In this document: in pieces, positions 8,981 to 18,756 of the stretch
Layout of the letters: every line of letters begins with the position of its first letter
Numbering within the stretch: the stretch's first letter is position 1
Assembly: GCA_963809615.1 (NCBI GenBank)
Contig: CAWEKR010000012.1
Location: 401,317-465,316 of the forward strand
From: an uncultured Chloroflexia bacterium
GTDB lineage: Bacteria > Chloroflexota > Anaerolineae > Anaerolineales > UBA4823
DNA length: 64,000 nucleotides
Direction of reading: 5' to 3'
The notes under the pieces: model-generated
Told to the model about the DNA's origin: nothing
Databases searched by the model: none
What the model saw: only the letters and a program-made list of their open reading frames with translations
Program-made: the position numbers and the translations under genes

Positions 8981-10237
8981 CTATCCCAGGTGGCTTGAAG
9001 CAAGCAGCAGGTCTCGTCCAGCCTTTTCGCCTGGTGCTAAAGCTACCTCACGACCTATCTCCCTGATATTGATCGCGGCCAGGTTCTTTGCAAGCTGCTG
9101 GACTGATTTACTTGCACTGCTCCTGGGGTAATATACAAGGAAAGGAATTCCCCGGTTGATGCTGCGCAATACATTTGCCGGGTCATTTGCAATTTGATGG
9201 TACACCGGGTGATGAAGTACAGCTTCGATATCATTGAGCTTGACTCCCCCCTCGACACCCGCTTTATTCAAGAGCAACAGGATTTTTTCTGTTGGATACG
9301 ATAGTGACCTGCTTAATTGGAGGAACCGGCTGGTGTCATGCAGAGATGCCAGGTCGGGTGTGGTCACCAATAGGATCCGGTCTGCCGCATCCATTAATGT
9401 CACTGAGATGTCGTTCAGCGGTCCCCCACCATCGACAATGACGTAATCATAATAGCGGGCGACACCAATAAAAATATTGTAGATGTCTTCGGCGCGGATC
9501 CCCTGTGCAACCTGGGCATTTGACGGAGCAAGGAGTACATGGATGCCAGACGGGTGTAGGGCGACGACATCGCGGATCAAACCTTCATCCAGGTTCGAGG
9601 CATGGGGAATCAGGTCTGATAATGCGTTTTGAACTTTAAGGTTTAGCATCACTTCCAGGTGACCAAAAAACACCTTTCCCTCGAATAAGAGTACCTTTTT
9701 ACCGGTTTCTTCAGCCAGGGCGATGGCAGTGTTGGCTGCAAGTGACGTGACTCCGGTACCTCCACGTGGACTATAAATCGTGATCGTGCGTAAGGGGCGG
9801 GTGGCTTCCGATATTTGGGAAGGAGTATAAGTTTGCGTTTGTAGCCTTCGACCCTCGAGCTCCGTCACTCTTCGCAAGGTGCTCACCAAATTGATCTGCG
9901 AGAATGGAGCGATCAGGAATGCCCGTGCCCCCGCCAGCATCACTTGTTGGGCAACTAATGGATCATTCTCCGGCAGGATCGCGATGACAGCCGCGGTCGG
10001 AAATTGCAACGCCAGGTCGTCGATGATATCAATCGTAGATTCATTTTCGAGCTTGGAGTCTACAAGAATGATATCTGGCTCGGAGGAGCGTATCTGCCTT
10101 GCCAGCATCTCCTTGGACGATAAAACATCAATCAGCGAAAATTCATTCTGTGTGTTCAAGGCTTCGGTTATTTGCTGCAATGTAGCGCCAGGGTCACACA
10201 GCGCAACCACTCTGATTTGTTTGATTTCTGGGCTCAT
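8981..10237 (-). CDS. tadZ: TadZ/CpaE-type pilus localisation protein: receiver-like N-domain plus atypical MinD/ParA-like ATPase domain
   Basis: The N-terminal CheY-like fold reads IRVVALCD...DIILVD. The MinD-like domain has a degenerate Walker A, SPRGGTGVTS, instead of KGGxGKT. Operon position fits. Confidence 0.75.
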   Translation of the reverse strand: MSPEIKQIRVVALCDPGATLQQITEALNTQNEFSLIDVLSSKEMLARQIRSSEPDIILVDSKLENESTIDIIDDLALQFPTAAVIAILPENDPLVAQQVMLAGARAFLIAPFSQINLVSTLRRVTELEGRRLQTQTYTPSQISEATRPLRTITIYSPRGGTGVTSLAANTAIALAEETGKKVLLFEGKVFFGHLEVMLNLKVQNALSDLIPHASNLDEGLIRDVVALHPSGIHVLLAPSNAQVAQGIRAEDIYNIFIGVARYYDYVIVDGGGPLNDISVTLMDAADRILLVTTPDLASLHDTSRFLQLSRSLSYPTEKILLLLNKAGVEGGVKLNDIEAVLHHPVYHQIANDPANVLRSINRGIPFLVYYPRSSASKSVQQLAKNLAAINIREIGREVALAPGEKAGRDLLLASSHLG

Positions 10238-10302
10238 ACTTGGCTACCTCTATTTAGAAAAGCTCGTCTCATATCCATATCGACTGGTTTCTTCCCCTCG
10301 AA

Positions 10303-11148
10303 TTACCGGGGAAGTTGCAGCTTATATCGCTGCAGTAAATATTCTTCTGTCACCGGGCTGATGTCGAACATCTCGTTCGACGTGGGCGAACGAAGGACAA
10401 TATCAAAGATAGCCCCAGAATCACGCATATTCTTCAAAACCAGGGCATCCTGTGCATTTAACGCCAGCAGGTATGCACGGAGCTTAACATTCGCTGGGTT
10501 CGGCGTAGGTTGTGTAGCTCCAGGAATGCTGCTAGATCCTGATTCTGCGATCACATCTGCCACGATTGCTGAAATTTGCACCCGCTGGAAGGCGTCAAAG
10601 GTGAATACTTTTTGTTCTGCTTGCTGACCAGTAATCCCACCTTCCGATATTGTCGTATTCGTCGGGCTCACTTCCACGGTCATGGTAGCAAAAATGTCGA
10701 CGTTGTCTCCGCGTTGTAAAATCCCTAGCGTGCTCATTAAATCCGTGGTTGGGAACGCCATCAACACCTCATCATTTGCAATGATATATCCGACGTCGTG
10801 CGTTACATTCGTCGGATCAGCCAGGTGGTGTTGCAGCACCATCTCACCCTGGATCAAGTGGACGGTTACAATTTTTCCCAGTGCAGCTTCAATCGTTTGA
10901 AGGGCATCGCGTGGCACCAAGCTCAACGGGACGGTTGCCAGCTGAACATCTTCCCGATTTAATACTGCACCCACTGCCAGGTCCTGGCTGGTGATGACTA
11001 TCTCCGTTGTTGCTTCTACCACCGGGGTTTCCTGAGGAGGTGGGGTTAGACTTTGCCTTAATACGCGATTGATCGCCAGGATACCCAGCCCGATCAGTCC
11101 AACACCTACAACCGCTATCAGGATTCCTATTAGTACTCGACGATTCAA
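10303..11148 (-). CDS. cpaB: Flp pilus assembly protein CpaB/RcpC family (SAF domain)
   Basis: N-terminal TM anchor, then a SAF-like segment (ITSQDLAVGAVLNREDVQLATVP). Size and position are typical of CpaB. Confidence 0.7.
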   Translation of the reverse strand: MNRRVLIGILIAVVGVGLIGLGILAINRVLRQSLTPPPQETPVVEATTEIVITSQDLAVGAVLNREDVQLATVPLSLVPRDALQTIEAALGKIVTVHLIQGEMVLQHHLADPTNVTHDVGYIIANDEVLMAFPTTDLMSTLGILQRGDNVDIFATMTVEVSPTNTTISEGGITGQQAEQKVFTFDAFQRVQISAIVADVIAESGSSSIPGATQPTPNPANVKLRAYLLALNAQDALVLKNMRDSGAIFDIVLRSPTSNEMFDISPVTEEYLLQRYKLQLPR

Positions 11149-11343
11149 GGTGACCCTCCTAGATCAATATTTTTAAAAATAATTTTGTTGCCAATGGCGG
11201 ATGCATCTTATGTACCTGATTCAGCACATTCTTTTTTATAATTCATTCGGCCAGTGCAATGGTCATGATATTTACCGGGCATGGATCTCCTTGAAAGTAT
11301 CTGCATCGATTTAAGCAGCAAGCCCGGAGTAATCATCACTGTT

Positions 11344-11640
11344 CTATAAATTCTCCGTGAAATCATTTATCACTGCCATTAACTGATCTACCCCTTGGGC
11401 AATTCCATCACAGGGTAATCCGATATCGCTAATAAATAACATTCCTGATACCGCACTTTGGCAGCCCCTGAGCTGGATTCCTCCGTAAGCCCCGGGTATT
11501 GCTGGTTTATGCGTCATTCGCATGGATACTCGAGCCCTCTGATTCAATTCAATCGCCAGCATGGCTGCTACCGCCAGATAGCAGGCAACCACTATGATAA
11601 GCATTTGTCCTCGTTCAGAAATTATTACTAAAGTGTTCAT
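11344..11640 (-). CDS. small TadE/TadG-like (pseudopilin-like) protein, tentative
   Basis: The N-terminus SERGQMLIIVVACYLAVAAMLAI resembles the ERGQ plus hydrophobic-helix start of Tad minor pilins. Otherwise there is no recognisable motif. Confidence 0.35.
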   Translation of the reverse strand: MNTLVIISERGQMLIIVVACYLAVAAMLAIELNQRARVSMRMTHKPAIPGAYGGIQLRGCQSAVSGMLFISDIGLPCDGIAQGVDQLMAVINDFTENL

Positions 11641-11674
11641 AGATTCTTTCTTGAATAGTATCGATAGCCTCAGA

Positions 11675-12112
11675 TCAAGGCCGTGCTTCTAGCTTCATCG
11701 TGGCATCACCTTGTAACTGGATGCATTTTTTCCCGCCGCCGCAGGTATCTGATAATAGGTTTACTACCAATGGTGTAGCGGGATAAAAATCGTAGCCAAC
11801 GTTTACTGTCACTTGGGGCAGTTCAAGGCTTGCTTCATCTACAAGGACTTCCCGGACGATTGTTATATCCGAGGCTTGCAGTCCCATTCCATTAGCAGTG
11901 TCAATGGCTTTCTGCTTTATTCCAATTTCATCTCCCGGGTTAAGAATGCCATAACGCGCCGCCTCTCTGGCGGCATTGTGGAGTGAGCTTGAATAGTAAA
12001 CCGCCCTTCCGAGATCGAATACGATCACAGACATTAATAGAAAAGCAGGAATTAGTAATACGTACTCGACCAGCGAGTGCCCATGATATTTGGATTGATT
12101 CAATTTCTTCAC
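11675..12112 (-). CDS. tadE: TadE-like pseudopilin
   Basis: The N-terminus GHSLVEYVLLIPAFLLMSVIVFDLGRAVY matches the TadE family motif (G-x-x-x-VE-x-A/V-L plus a hydrophobic helix). Confidence 0.7.
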   Translation of the reverse strand: MKKLNQSKYHGHSLVEYVLLIPAFLLMSVIVFDLGRAVYYSSSLHNAAREAARYGILNPGDEIGIKQKAIDTANGMGLQASDITIVREVLVDEASLELPQVTVNVGYDFYPATPLVVNLLSDTCGGGKKCIQLQGDATMKLEARP

Positions 12113-12186
12113 GAGTTCACTATCTCCATTGACCTACTAACCGCGATTGGTTTAGAGAAACATACTTTTGCTCTCAGGTCATGATT

Positions 12187-12510
12187 TCATGGAATCGTCA
12201 GGCGTATTATCTTCTTTGATCGGTGTTCAGCCTGCTGGGCATTATTTGTTGCCGGGTGGCCAGAATTTCCATAAGGTTTGACGATCCTTAGGATATTAAG
12301 CAGGTCGATTCGAATTGCGGTAACCACTTCATTTTTGATCGCAGTATTATTATTAGTGGAAGTCGTGGTCACAGGTGCGATTGTTATTTTTCGAACGCCT
12401 ATTAGCCCAGCATTGTAGTTGACCTTGGAACCACATATTGTGCCTCCAAGCCTGAATATTTTCATGTCCAAGAGCATTAACGTAGGAAAGACGAGAGAAA
12501 AATTAATCAT
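12187..12510 (-). CDS. hypothetical 107-aa protein at the head of the tad operon
   Basis: ORF only, with no recognisable motif. Its ATG overlaps the stop of an upstream 30-aa ORF (12503-12595) that has a strong RBS. Confidence 0.3.
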   Translation of the reverse strand: MINFSLVFPTLMLLDMKIFRLGGTICGSKVNYNAGLIGVRKITIAPVTTTSTNNNTAIKNEVVTAIRIDLLNILRIVKPYGNSGHPATNNAQQAEHRSKKIIRLTIP

Positions 12511-12709
12511 CCTGCCCTTGCAGTCTATTATTCAAGGTCTTCTCACGCTTAAAAATCATTATTGGCTTCACCCGCGATTTTTTTATTGACACCATGTTGC
12601 TCCCCCCACCGACGAAGAAATATTATCTCACTTCAGCACATTCTCCTTGCAATTAGCATAATTATTTCCTGTCTTAAGGGTCGAACAACTTTATCCTTGA
12701 GCTAAAAAA

Positions 12710-12718
12710 ATTATAACA
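12710..12718 (-). promoter_or_regulatory. extended -10 promoter candidate (TGTTATAAT) for the tad operon
   Basis: The reverse complement of 12710-12718 reads TGTTATAAT. It sits ~110 nt upstream of the first minus-strand ORF. Confidence 0.3.
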
Positions 12719-12874
12719 TCGCCATTTAACGATTTCCCTGACAAATATGATAGGAACCGAGATGGATAATGAAACAAATGAAATTGAGAACTGTTGTAAA
12801 ATAGAGCAAGCAATTATTTCAGCTCCGTTTTAAACCGATATTTTCCAGATTCGTCATGGTCAGTTTAGGAGAGG

Positions 12875-13498
12875 ATGGAAAAAATGTATTCAATGGATAG
12901 TCATCGAGAGTTGTTGGATGCTGTCTGGCGCCTGGCGTATATAGCCGAATTTCGAGAGGGTAACAACCTGGCTCACCTCGAACGGATCAAGGGATATGTC
13001 CAAATCCTTGGTCGAGGGATCGGTTTGACCCAAAATGAAGTGCAGCTTATCTCAACAGCCTGCCAATTGCATGATATTGGCAAGGTTGGTCTCCCTGAAG
13101 CACTGCTCCTCCAACAGGGGCAATATTCAGAAACCGAGCTGCAGAAAATAAAACGGCATACTACCATTGGTGCTGAGATCTTGAGCAATTCCAACTCCCC
13201 CTTACTACAGGCAGCTGAGACTGTTGCCTTAAACCACCACGAACGCTGGGATGGCTCGGGTTATCCCAACAGCATACACGAAGAAGAGATCCCTCTGAGT
13301 GCACGCATGTGCGCCATTGCTGACGTCTTTGACGCCCTGACGACCCCACGACCGTATAAGAAGGAGATCTCACCGGAAGATGCTTCCCGGTTGATTATTG
13401 GGGCCAGCGGATCGTTATTCGATCCTCAGTTGGTGCAGGTTTTTAATGAAGAAATTACTACTGTCCTGAAGGTAAGAAAATCTGCTGAGAAACGATAA
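12875..13498 (+). CDS. stand-alone HD-GYP domain protein (putative c-di-GMP phosphodiesterase)
   Basis: HDIGKVGLP, then HHERWDGSGYP (the HD and GYP motifs). An RBS AGGAGAGG lies upstream. Confidence 0.85.
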   Translation: MEKMYSMDSHRELLDAVWRLAYIAEFREGNNLAHLERIKGYVQILGRGIGLTQNEVQLISTACQLHDIGKVGLPEALLLQQGQYSETELQKIKRHTTIGAEILSNSNSPLLQAAETVALNHHERWDGSGYPNSIHEEEIPLSARMCAIADVFDALTTPRPYKKEISPEDASRLIIGASGSLFDPQLVQVFNEEITTVLKVRKSAEKR

Positions 13499-13521
13499 CA
13501 AATTGTCTTAGACGGTAGAAT

Positions 13522-15222
13522 TTAGGGATTGGGTGTAGGCGTCTCTGCCCCAGTTGAACGGCTGGTAATCAGGTACCAGTTGGTGACGTGGTTGAACCGG
13601 TCAGACGGTTCCAGGATTGGGCCTATACTCACTCCGTGCACATCGGTGCTTACCGCATAGGTATAGACCGGATAAAACAGGGGTAGGGCGGGTAGCTCCT
13701 GGCTCCAGCGAACTTGAAAATTATTATATAAGCGGGTGCGTTCTAACAAATCCGTGGTGATGCGCGCCTGTTCCAGATACTCACTTGCCTGGCGGTCATC
13801 CCACTTGGAATAATTCTGGCCGCTGGAGATTTGGGTCTGGTGCCAAAATGGATACGGATCAGGGTCAGGCGTCTGGCTGAGGTTTAAATCCACCAGAGCT
13901 GCCTGGTAATTTCGATTGTCTAAATGCTCAGACACAAGCTCGTCGTAAGCTAATGGTATTAGAGTGACCTGGACGCCCAGAGCAGCCCAATCACGTTTGA
14001 TCACATTTGCCAGGGCTACATGTACGCGATCATCAGGAAATAATAACTCAAATGAAAGCGCAGTCCCATCGACACTGGTTCTGGTTTCTCCCCCTGCCGC
14101 GGGGATTGTGTAGCCTGCCTCACGTAGCACCGAAATCGCCTGGTTCGGGTTGTATGAATAATGCTCAATTCCGTCATAATATGCCCAGGTACCCGGGATA
14201 ATTGGTCCGTCTGCTAGGATGGCTTGCCCACTCTGCAGCGTATCGATCATCCCCTGGCGGTTGATTCCTTGCATCAGCGCTTTTCGAACATTCACATCCT
14301 GGAAGAATTTAACCTGAGGATTATCGAGGTTCATCAAGACCATCGACATCACCGGCAGGCGGGTTGCGTAAATGCTAAGTCCGGGTTCTTTGAGCACCTG
14401 TGGAAGGATATCTGAGCTTACATCACCTAATCCGGCGATTTCCCCAGCCTGGTACGCTGAGTAGGCAGATGCTGCATCGGCATAATATCGAATCGCAATT
14501 TGGTCGATGTACGCCCCTCGGGGATAATAATCTTTAAATGCAGTCAATACTACGCCCGAAATCTGGCCATCCGTGGTGATCAGGTGGTCAAAGCGATAAG
14601 GACCACTCCCGACAGGCTGCAGATTAAATGGGTTATCAATCAGCTCTGACATGCTGAGATCGCCCAGCAGGTGGGAAGGGAGGAGACCAAAAGTCAGGTA
14701 ATCCAGGAAAGGTGCAAATGGCTCGGGCAGTTTAAATTGCACCGTCTTCTCATCCAGGCGGATGACCTCGATTTGTTTCCAGAATTCTCGAATATCATTT
14801 GGAATTGGGGAATCATCCGATACCATCATTAAGATGGTGAAGATCACGTCATCACTGGTAACGGGTTCCCCATCATGCCACACAGCCTTCGGATTAAGTG
14901 AAAAATTATAAATCGTGCCATCACGCGAAATACCCCATGAAGTTGCCAGGTCAGCCTGGGGCAGACCCCGATCATCGATTCGCAGCATGCCGCTGAACAG
15001 TAAATGATCTACATCTCTGTCAGCCCCATTATAGTAATCCAGGATTGGGTTGAGGCGCATGAACGTGCCAACCACACCTTCCGAGTAGATTCCCCCTTCA
15101 GCCGGTTTAACCACTGGCTCTATGATCGGTTGCAGGCTTTCTGGCTTTTGGCTGATCAAAAGGATCGAAATGGCAGCCAATGCAATAATCGCAATTAATA
15201 ACGGCCAACGTAATTTTTTCAT
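13522..15222 (-). CDS. ABC transporter substrate-binding protein, family 5 (peptide/nickel type)
   Basis: Signal anchor, 566-aa size and SBP_bac_5-like segments (ATSWGISRDGTIYNFSLNPKAVWHDGEPVTSDDV). Confidence 0.8.
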   Translation of the reverse strand: MKKLRWPLLIAIIALAAISILLISQKPESLQPIIEPVVKPAEGGIYSEGVVGTFMRLNPILDYYNGADRDVDHLLFSGMLRIDDRGLPQADLATSWGISRDGTIYNFSLNPKAVWHDGEPVTSDDVIFTILMMVSDDSPIPNDIREFWKQIEVIRLDEKTVQFKLPEPFAPFLDYLTFGLLPSHLLGDLSMSELIDNPFNLQPVGSGPYRFDHLITTDGQISGVVLTAFKDYYPRGAYIDQIAIRYYADAASAYSAYQAGEIAGLGDVSSDILPQVLKEPGLSIYATRLPVMSMVLMNLDNPQVKFFQDVNVRKALMQGINRQGMIDTLQSGQAILADGPIIPGTWAYYDGIEHYSYNPNQAISVLREAGYTIPAAGGETRTSVDGTALSFELLFPDDRVHVALANVIKRDWAALGVQVTLIPLAYDELVSEHLDNRNYQAALVDLNLSQTPDPDPYPFWHQTQISSGQNYSKWDDRQASEYLEQARITTDLLERTRLYNNFQVRWSQELPALPLFYPVYTYAVSTDVHGVSIGPILEPSDRFNHVTNWYLITSRSTGAETPTPNP

Positions 15223-15339
15223 GAGTTCAATATTATCATGGCTCTAACACGAAATTAAAAATAAAAAGCGCTTCGGATTATTTACCAACCCCCCGAAAAT
15301 GGTGGCTGGCAATGCTCTTCTGCGCTCAACAGGATAAAT

Positions 15340-15561
15340 TTATGAGACTTTTACCGATACAATGGCTAATGTAAAAAACAATACGCTCAAGACGATAGTC
15401 ACGTAGAATAGGGTCTTTTCGACTCCCCTGCGTGCGGTGAAGATGCCGCCGGTATCCGCACCGGTCAAACCACCCAGACCTGCGCCTTTACTTTGCAGGA
15501 TAACGCTTACGATCAGTGCAACCGATATGATGATCAGTGAAATATCTACTACGTTAACCAC
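15340..15561 (-). CDS. secG: preprotein translocase subunit SecG
   Basis: The 73-aa product has two TM helices and the typical LQSKGAGLGG...G core. Confidence 0.85.
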   Translation of the reverse strand: MVNVVDISLIIISVALIVSVILQSKGAGLGGLTGADTGGIFTARRGVEKTLFYVTIVLSVLFFTLAIVSVKVS

Positions 15562-15827
15562 AACTTGCCTCCGAGCATAATAATATCGTCTATGACTAAA
15601 TAATTAACAACGAGAGCATTAGACGCCTAAGCTTGCCGATTATACCTTCGGATGGTTGAATTGTCAAACCCAAAGTCAGTGTGCACTTTAGCCAGACCGG
15701 ATATTTAGTCTACTGCATAGCCGCTACTCTGCATGAATCGCATATATAATAAAGACCAATCCCACAGCTGATTTTGCCAGGAATCCTTGATCGGATTCCA
15801 TTCGTAGTAATTCTTCAGAGAGAATGC

Positions 15828-16889
15828 ATGCCCGAAATTATCCTGAATTTGCATATGCACACTCGCTATTCCGATGGAGACGGTTCGCACGCTGATATCG
15901 CTGCAGCTGCCATGGCAGCGGGATTGGATGCGGTCATCGTCACCGACCATAACGTGCTGGTAAATGGTGTCGCAGGGTACAAGAACAATGGCGATCGCCG
16001 CCTCCTCGTGATGGTAGGGGAGGAAATCCACGACCAGGCTCGCGATCCTCAAAAGAACCACTTATTAGTCTTCGGGGTGCCGCGTGAGCTTTCAACCTAC
16101 GCATACGACCCGCAGCTCCTCCTGGATATGGTTGCCAAAGCTGGGGGTCTATCCTTTATGGCGCATCCGGTCGATCCTGCTGCACCATCCGTTCACGAAG
16201 GAGACATCTCGTGGGTGGATTGGAATGTGCACGGCTATACTGGTCTCGAGTTATGGAATGGTTTTTCAGAGTTCAAGCCGCGCATTAAAACAATGCTGCA
16301 CGCCGTATATTACGCCTACTTCCCGCGCCGTATCAACCGTGGACCGCTGCCCGAGACTTTAAGCTTATGGGATGGCTTGCTATCTGCCGGTAAAAGAGTC
16401 GTCGCAATCGGAGGGTCCGATGCACATTCGCACCATATGAAGCTCGGACCGTTAAGAAGGACTATATTCCCATATGAATTTCACTTCAGAGCCATAAACA
16501 ATCACATAATTATTCCCCAACCACTTGGTACGGATGGTGCATCTGATACCAGCATGATCCTGGATTCTCTCCGCCATGGGCATTGTTTCATCGGCTATGA
16601 TCGACCTGCTCCTACGCGTGGTTTCAGCTTTACCGCCTGTGGCTTCGAATCTTCCGCCCTGATGGGTGATGAGCTGAACAGCAAAGGCGGTATAACATTC
16701 CAGATCCGCCTGCCCAGGGTCGCCGAATGTATTCTACTCAAGGATGGGAAACCAGTGCGTACCTGGCGGAAGCACGACCTGTGTACCTATATAACCACCG
16801 AACCCGGAGTATACAGAGTCGAAGTCTACATCGACTACCTGGGAAGACGAAGAGGTTGGATTTTTAGTAATCCGATATATGTCAATTAA
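15828..16889 (+). CDS. PHP-domain metallohydrolase (CehA/McbA-like)
   Basis: The start LNLHMHTRYSDGDGS...AVIVTDHN is the PHP His motif. I prefer the internal ATG at 15828 over the ORF-track start at 15774. Confidence 0.7.
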   Translation: MPEIILNLHMHTRYSDGDGSHADIAAAAMAAGLDAVIVTDHNVLVNGVAGYKNNGDRRLLVMVGEEIHDQARDPQKNHLLVFGVPRELSTYAYDPQLLLDMVAKAGGLSFMAHPVDPAAPSVHEGDISWVDWNVHGYTGLELWNGFSEFKPRIKTMLHAVYYAYFPRRINRGPLPETLSLWDGLLSAGKRVVAIGGSDAHSHHMKLGPLRRTIFPYEFHFRAINNHIIIPQPLGTDGASDTSMILDSLRHGHCFIGYDRPAPTRGFSFTACGFESSALMGDELNSKGGITFQIRLPRVAECILLKDGKPVRTWRKHDLCTYITTEPGVYRVEVYIDYLGRRRGWIFSNPIYVN

Positions 16890-17005
16890 AGATGATCAAC
16901 AATATATTGCTTTACGATTCTGTTATTAATAAATAAGAAAATTACTAAAAATATTGTTATATAATAGCTTAACCATAAAAAAATATTGCAGAAAATGGTC
17001 ATTCT

Positions 17006-17773
17006 ATGAAAACGATTATTCTTGCTGGTGGTATGGGCACTCGCCTTCAAGAGGAAACCACAGTTAAACCCAAACCAATGGTCGAAATTGGTGGCCAACC
17101 CATTCTCTGGCATATTATGAAGATCTATGCCATGTATGGACACACAGATTTCGCTATTGCCATGGGATATAAATCCGAAGTCATTCGCTCGTATTTCCTT
17201 AATTATTATTATCATCACTGCAATATGACCGTAAATTTAGGTAATGGCGAAATCGAAATTGAAGATGGCGACCATGATGATTGGAAAGTTTATCTGGCAG
17301 ATACGGGTGATAAAACCCAAACCGGTGGGCGTATAAAACGCCTGCGTGAATGGATCGGTGACCAGACATTTATGTTCACCTATGGTGATGGTGTGTCTGA
17401 TATAAATATCGATGAGCTAATAAAGTTTCATAAACAAAACGGTAAACTTGCCACGGTGACGGCTATTCGTCCTCCTTTTCGGTTTGGATCAATTATTACT
17501 GAAGGAGATTTTGTGCATGAATTTCTTGAAAAACCAATCACCGGAGAGAACTGGGCATCAGGAGGCTTTTTTGTATTGGAGCCTGACGTCTTGGAATATA
17601 TTAGTGGAGATGATATGCCTTGGGAGGGGAAACCAATTGAACAACTTACGAAGGAAGGACAATTAGTTGCCTTCAGGCACGAGGGTTTTTGGCAGTGTAT
17701 GGATACGATTCGCGATGTTCAATACCTTGAAGGATTATGGTCCCAGGGGATAGCTCCATGGAAAACATGGTAA
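17006..17773 (+). CDS. rfbF: glucose-1-phosphate cytidylyltransferase
   Basis: [41 protein letters not shown] is the RfbF/DdhA signature N-terminus. The 255-aa length fits. Confidence 0.9.
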   Translation: MKTIILAGGMGTRLQEETTVKPKPMVEIGGQPILWHIMKIYAMYGHTDFAIAMGYKSEVIRSYFLNYYYHHCNMTVNLGNGEIEIEDGDHDDWKVYLADTGDKTQTGGRIKRLREWIGDQTFMFTYGDGVSDINIDELIKFHKQNGKLATVTAIRPPFRFGSIITEGDFVHEFLEKPITGENWASGGFFVLEPDVLEYISGDDMPWEGKPIEQLTKEGQLVAFRHEGFWQCMDTIRDVQYLEGLWSQGIAPWKTW

Positions 17774-18756
17774 ATCCCGCTCCTTTTTGGGTCGATCGGC
17801 CTGTTTTCGTTACGGGTGCCAGCGGTTTGGTGGGTGGATGGCTTATCCGAAATTTATTGGCTGCTGGTGCGAATGTTGTATGTCTGGTTCGCGATTGGGT
17901 TCCCCAATCGGACCTATATAGATCACGTCTGATTGAAAATGTAAATGTGGTCAGGGGTGATGTGCGGGATCAAGAATTGCTTGAACGTATCTTGGGGGAG
18001 TACGAAATTTGCACGGTAATTCATTTAGCCGCCCAGACGATTGTCACCATTGCCAATCGCAATCCAATATCTACCTTCGAATCGAATATTGGTGGCACCT
18101 GGACTTTGCTTGAAGCTTGTCGCCGGAGCCCAAAGGTTGAACAAATCGTGGTCGCCTCATCCGACAAAGCCTATGGCGATCAGGATACCTTGCCTTACAA
18201 CGAGAACACACCATTGCAGGGGCAGCATCCTTATGATGTCAGCAAGTCCTGTGCTGATCTTATTGCCCACGGTTATGCGGTTACGTATGGATCGCCTGTA
18301 GTGATCACCCGTTGTGGAAATTTTTATGGTGGTGGCGATTTAAATTGGAACCGCATAGTCCCTGGTACTATTCGCTCAATTCTTCGCGGCTTCCCTCCAA
18401 TAATTCGCAGTGACGGCTCATTAGTCCGTGATTATTTTTATGTTGAAGATGGAGCTGCGGTTTACATGCTTCTGGCAGAAAAATTAGCCGAAAATCCCTC
18501 CATAAAGGGCGAGGCGTTTAATTTCTCCAACGAATTACAGATGCCTGTACTCGATTTAGTGCGCCTTATAACGACGAAAATGGATTCAAAATTGGATCCA
18601 ATTATCCTTAATGATGTCACGAATGAAATTCCCCATCAATTTTTAAGTGCTCAGAAAGCTCGCAATTTATTGGGCTGGAAACCATTGTTCACCTTAGATC
18701 AAGGACTTGATCTGACGATCGATTGGTATAAAGAATTCCTGAGTGGATTTAATTAA
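17758..18756 (+). CDS. rfbG: CDP-glucose 4,6-dehydratase-like SDR
   Basis: FW-x5[14 protein letters not shown] Rossmann start and catalytic YDVSK. The gene sits between rfbF and rfbH. The start is ambiguous (17737, 17758 or 17767). Confidence 0.6.
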   Translation: MENMVNPAPFWVDRPVFVTGASGLVGGWLIRNLLAAGANVVCLVRDWVPQSDLYRSRLIENVNVVRGDVRDQELLERILGEYEICTVIHLAAQTIVTIANRNPISTFESNIGGTWTLLEACRRSPKVEQIVVASSDKAYGDQDTLPYNENTPLQGQHPYDVSKSCADLIAHGYAVTYGSPVVITRCGNFYGGGDLNWNRIVPGTIRSILRGFPPIIRSDGSLVRDYFYVEDGAAVYMLLAEKLAENPSIKGEAFNFSNELQMPVLDLVRLITTKMDSKLDPIILNDVTNEIPHQFLSAQKARNLLGWKPLFTLDQGLDLTIDWYKEFLSGFN

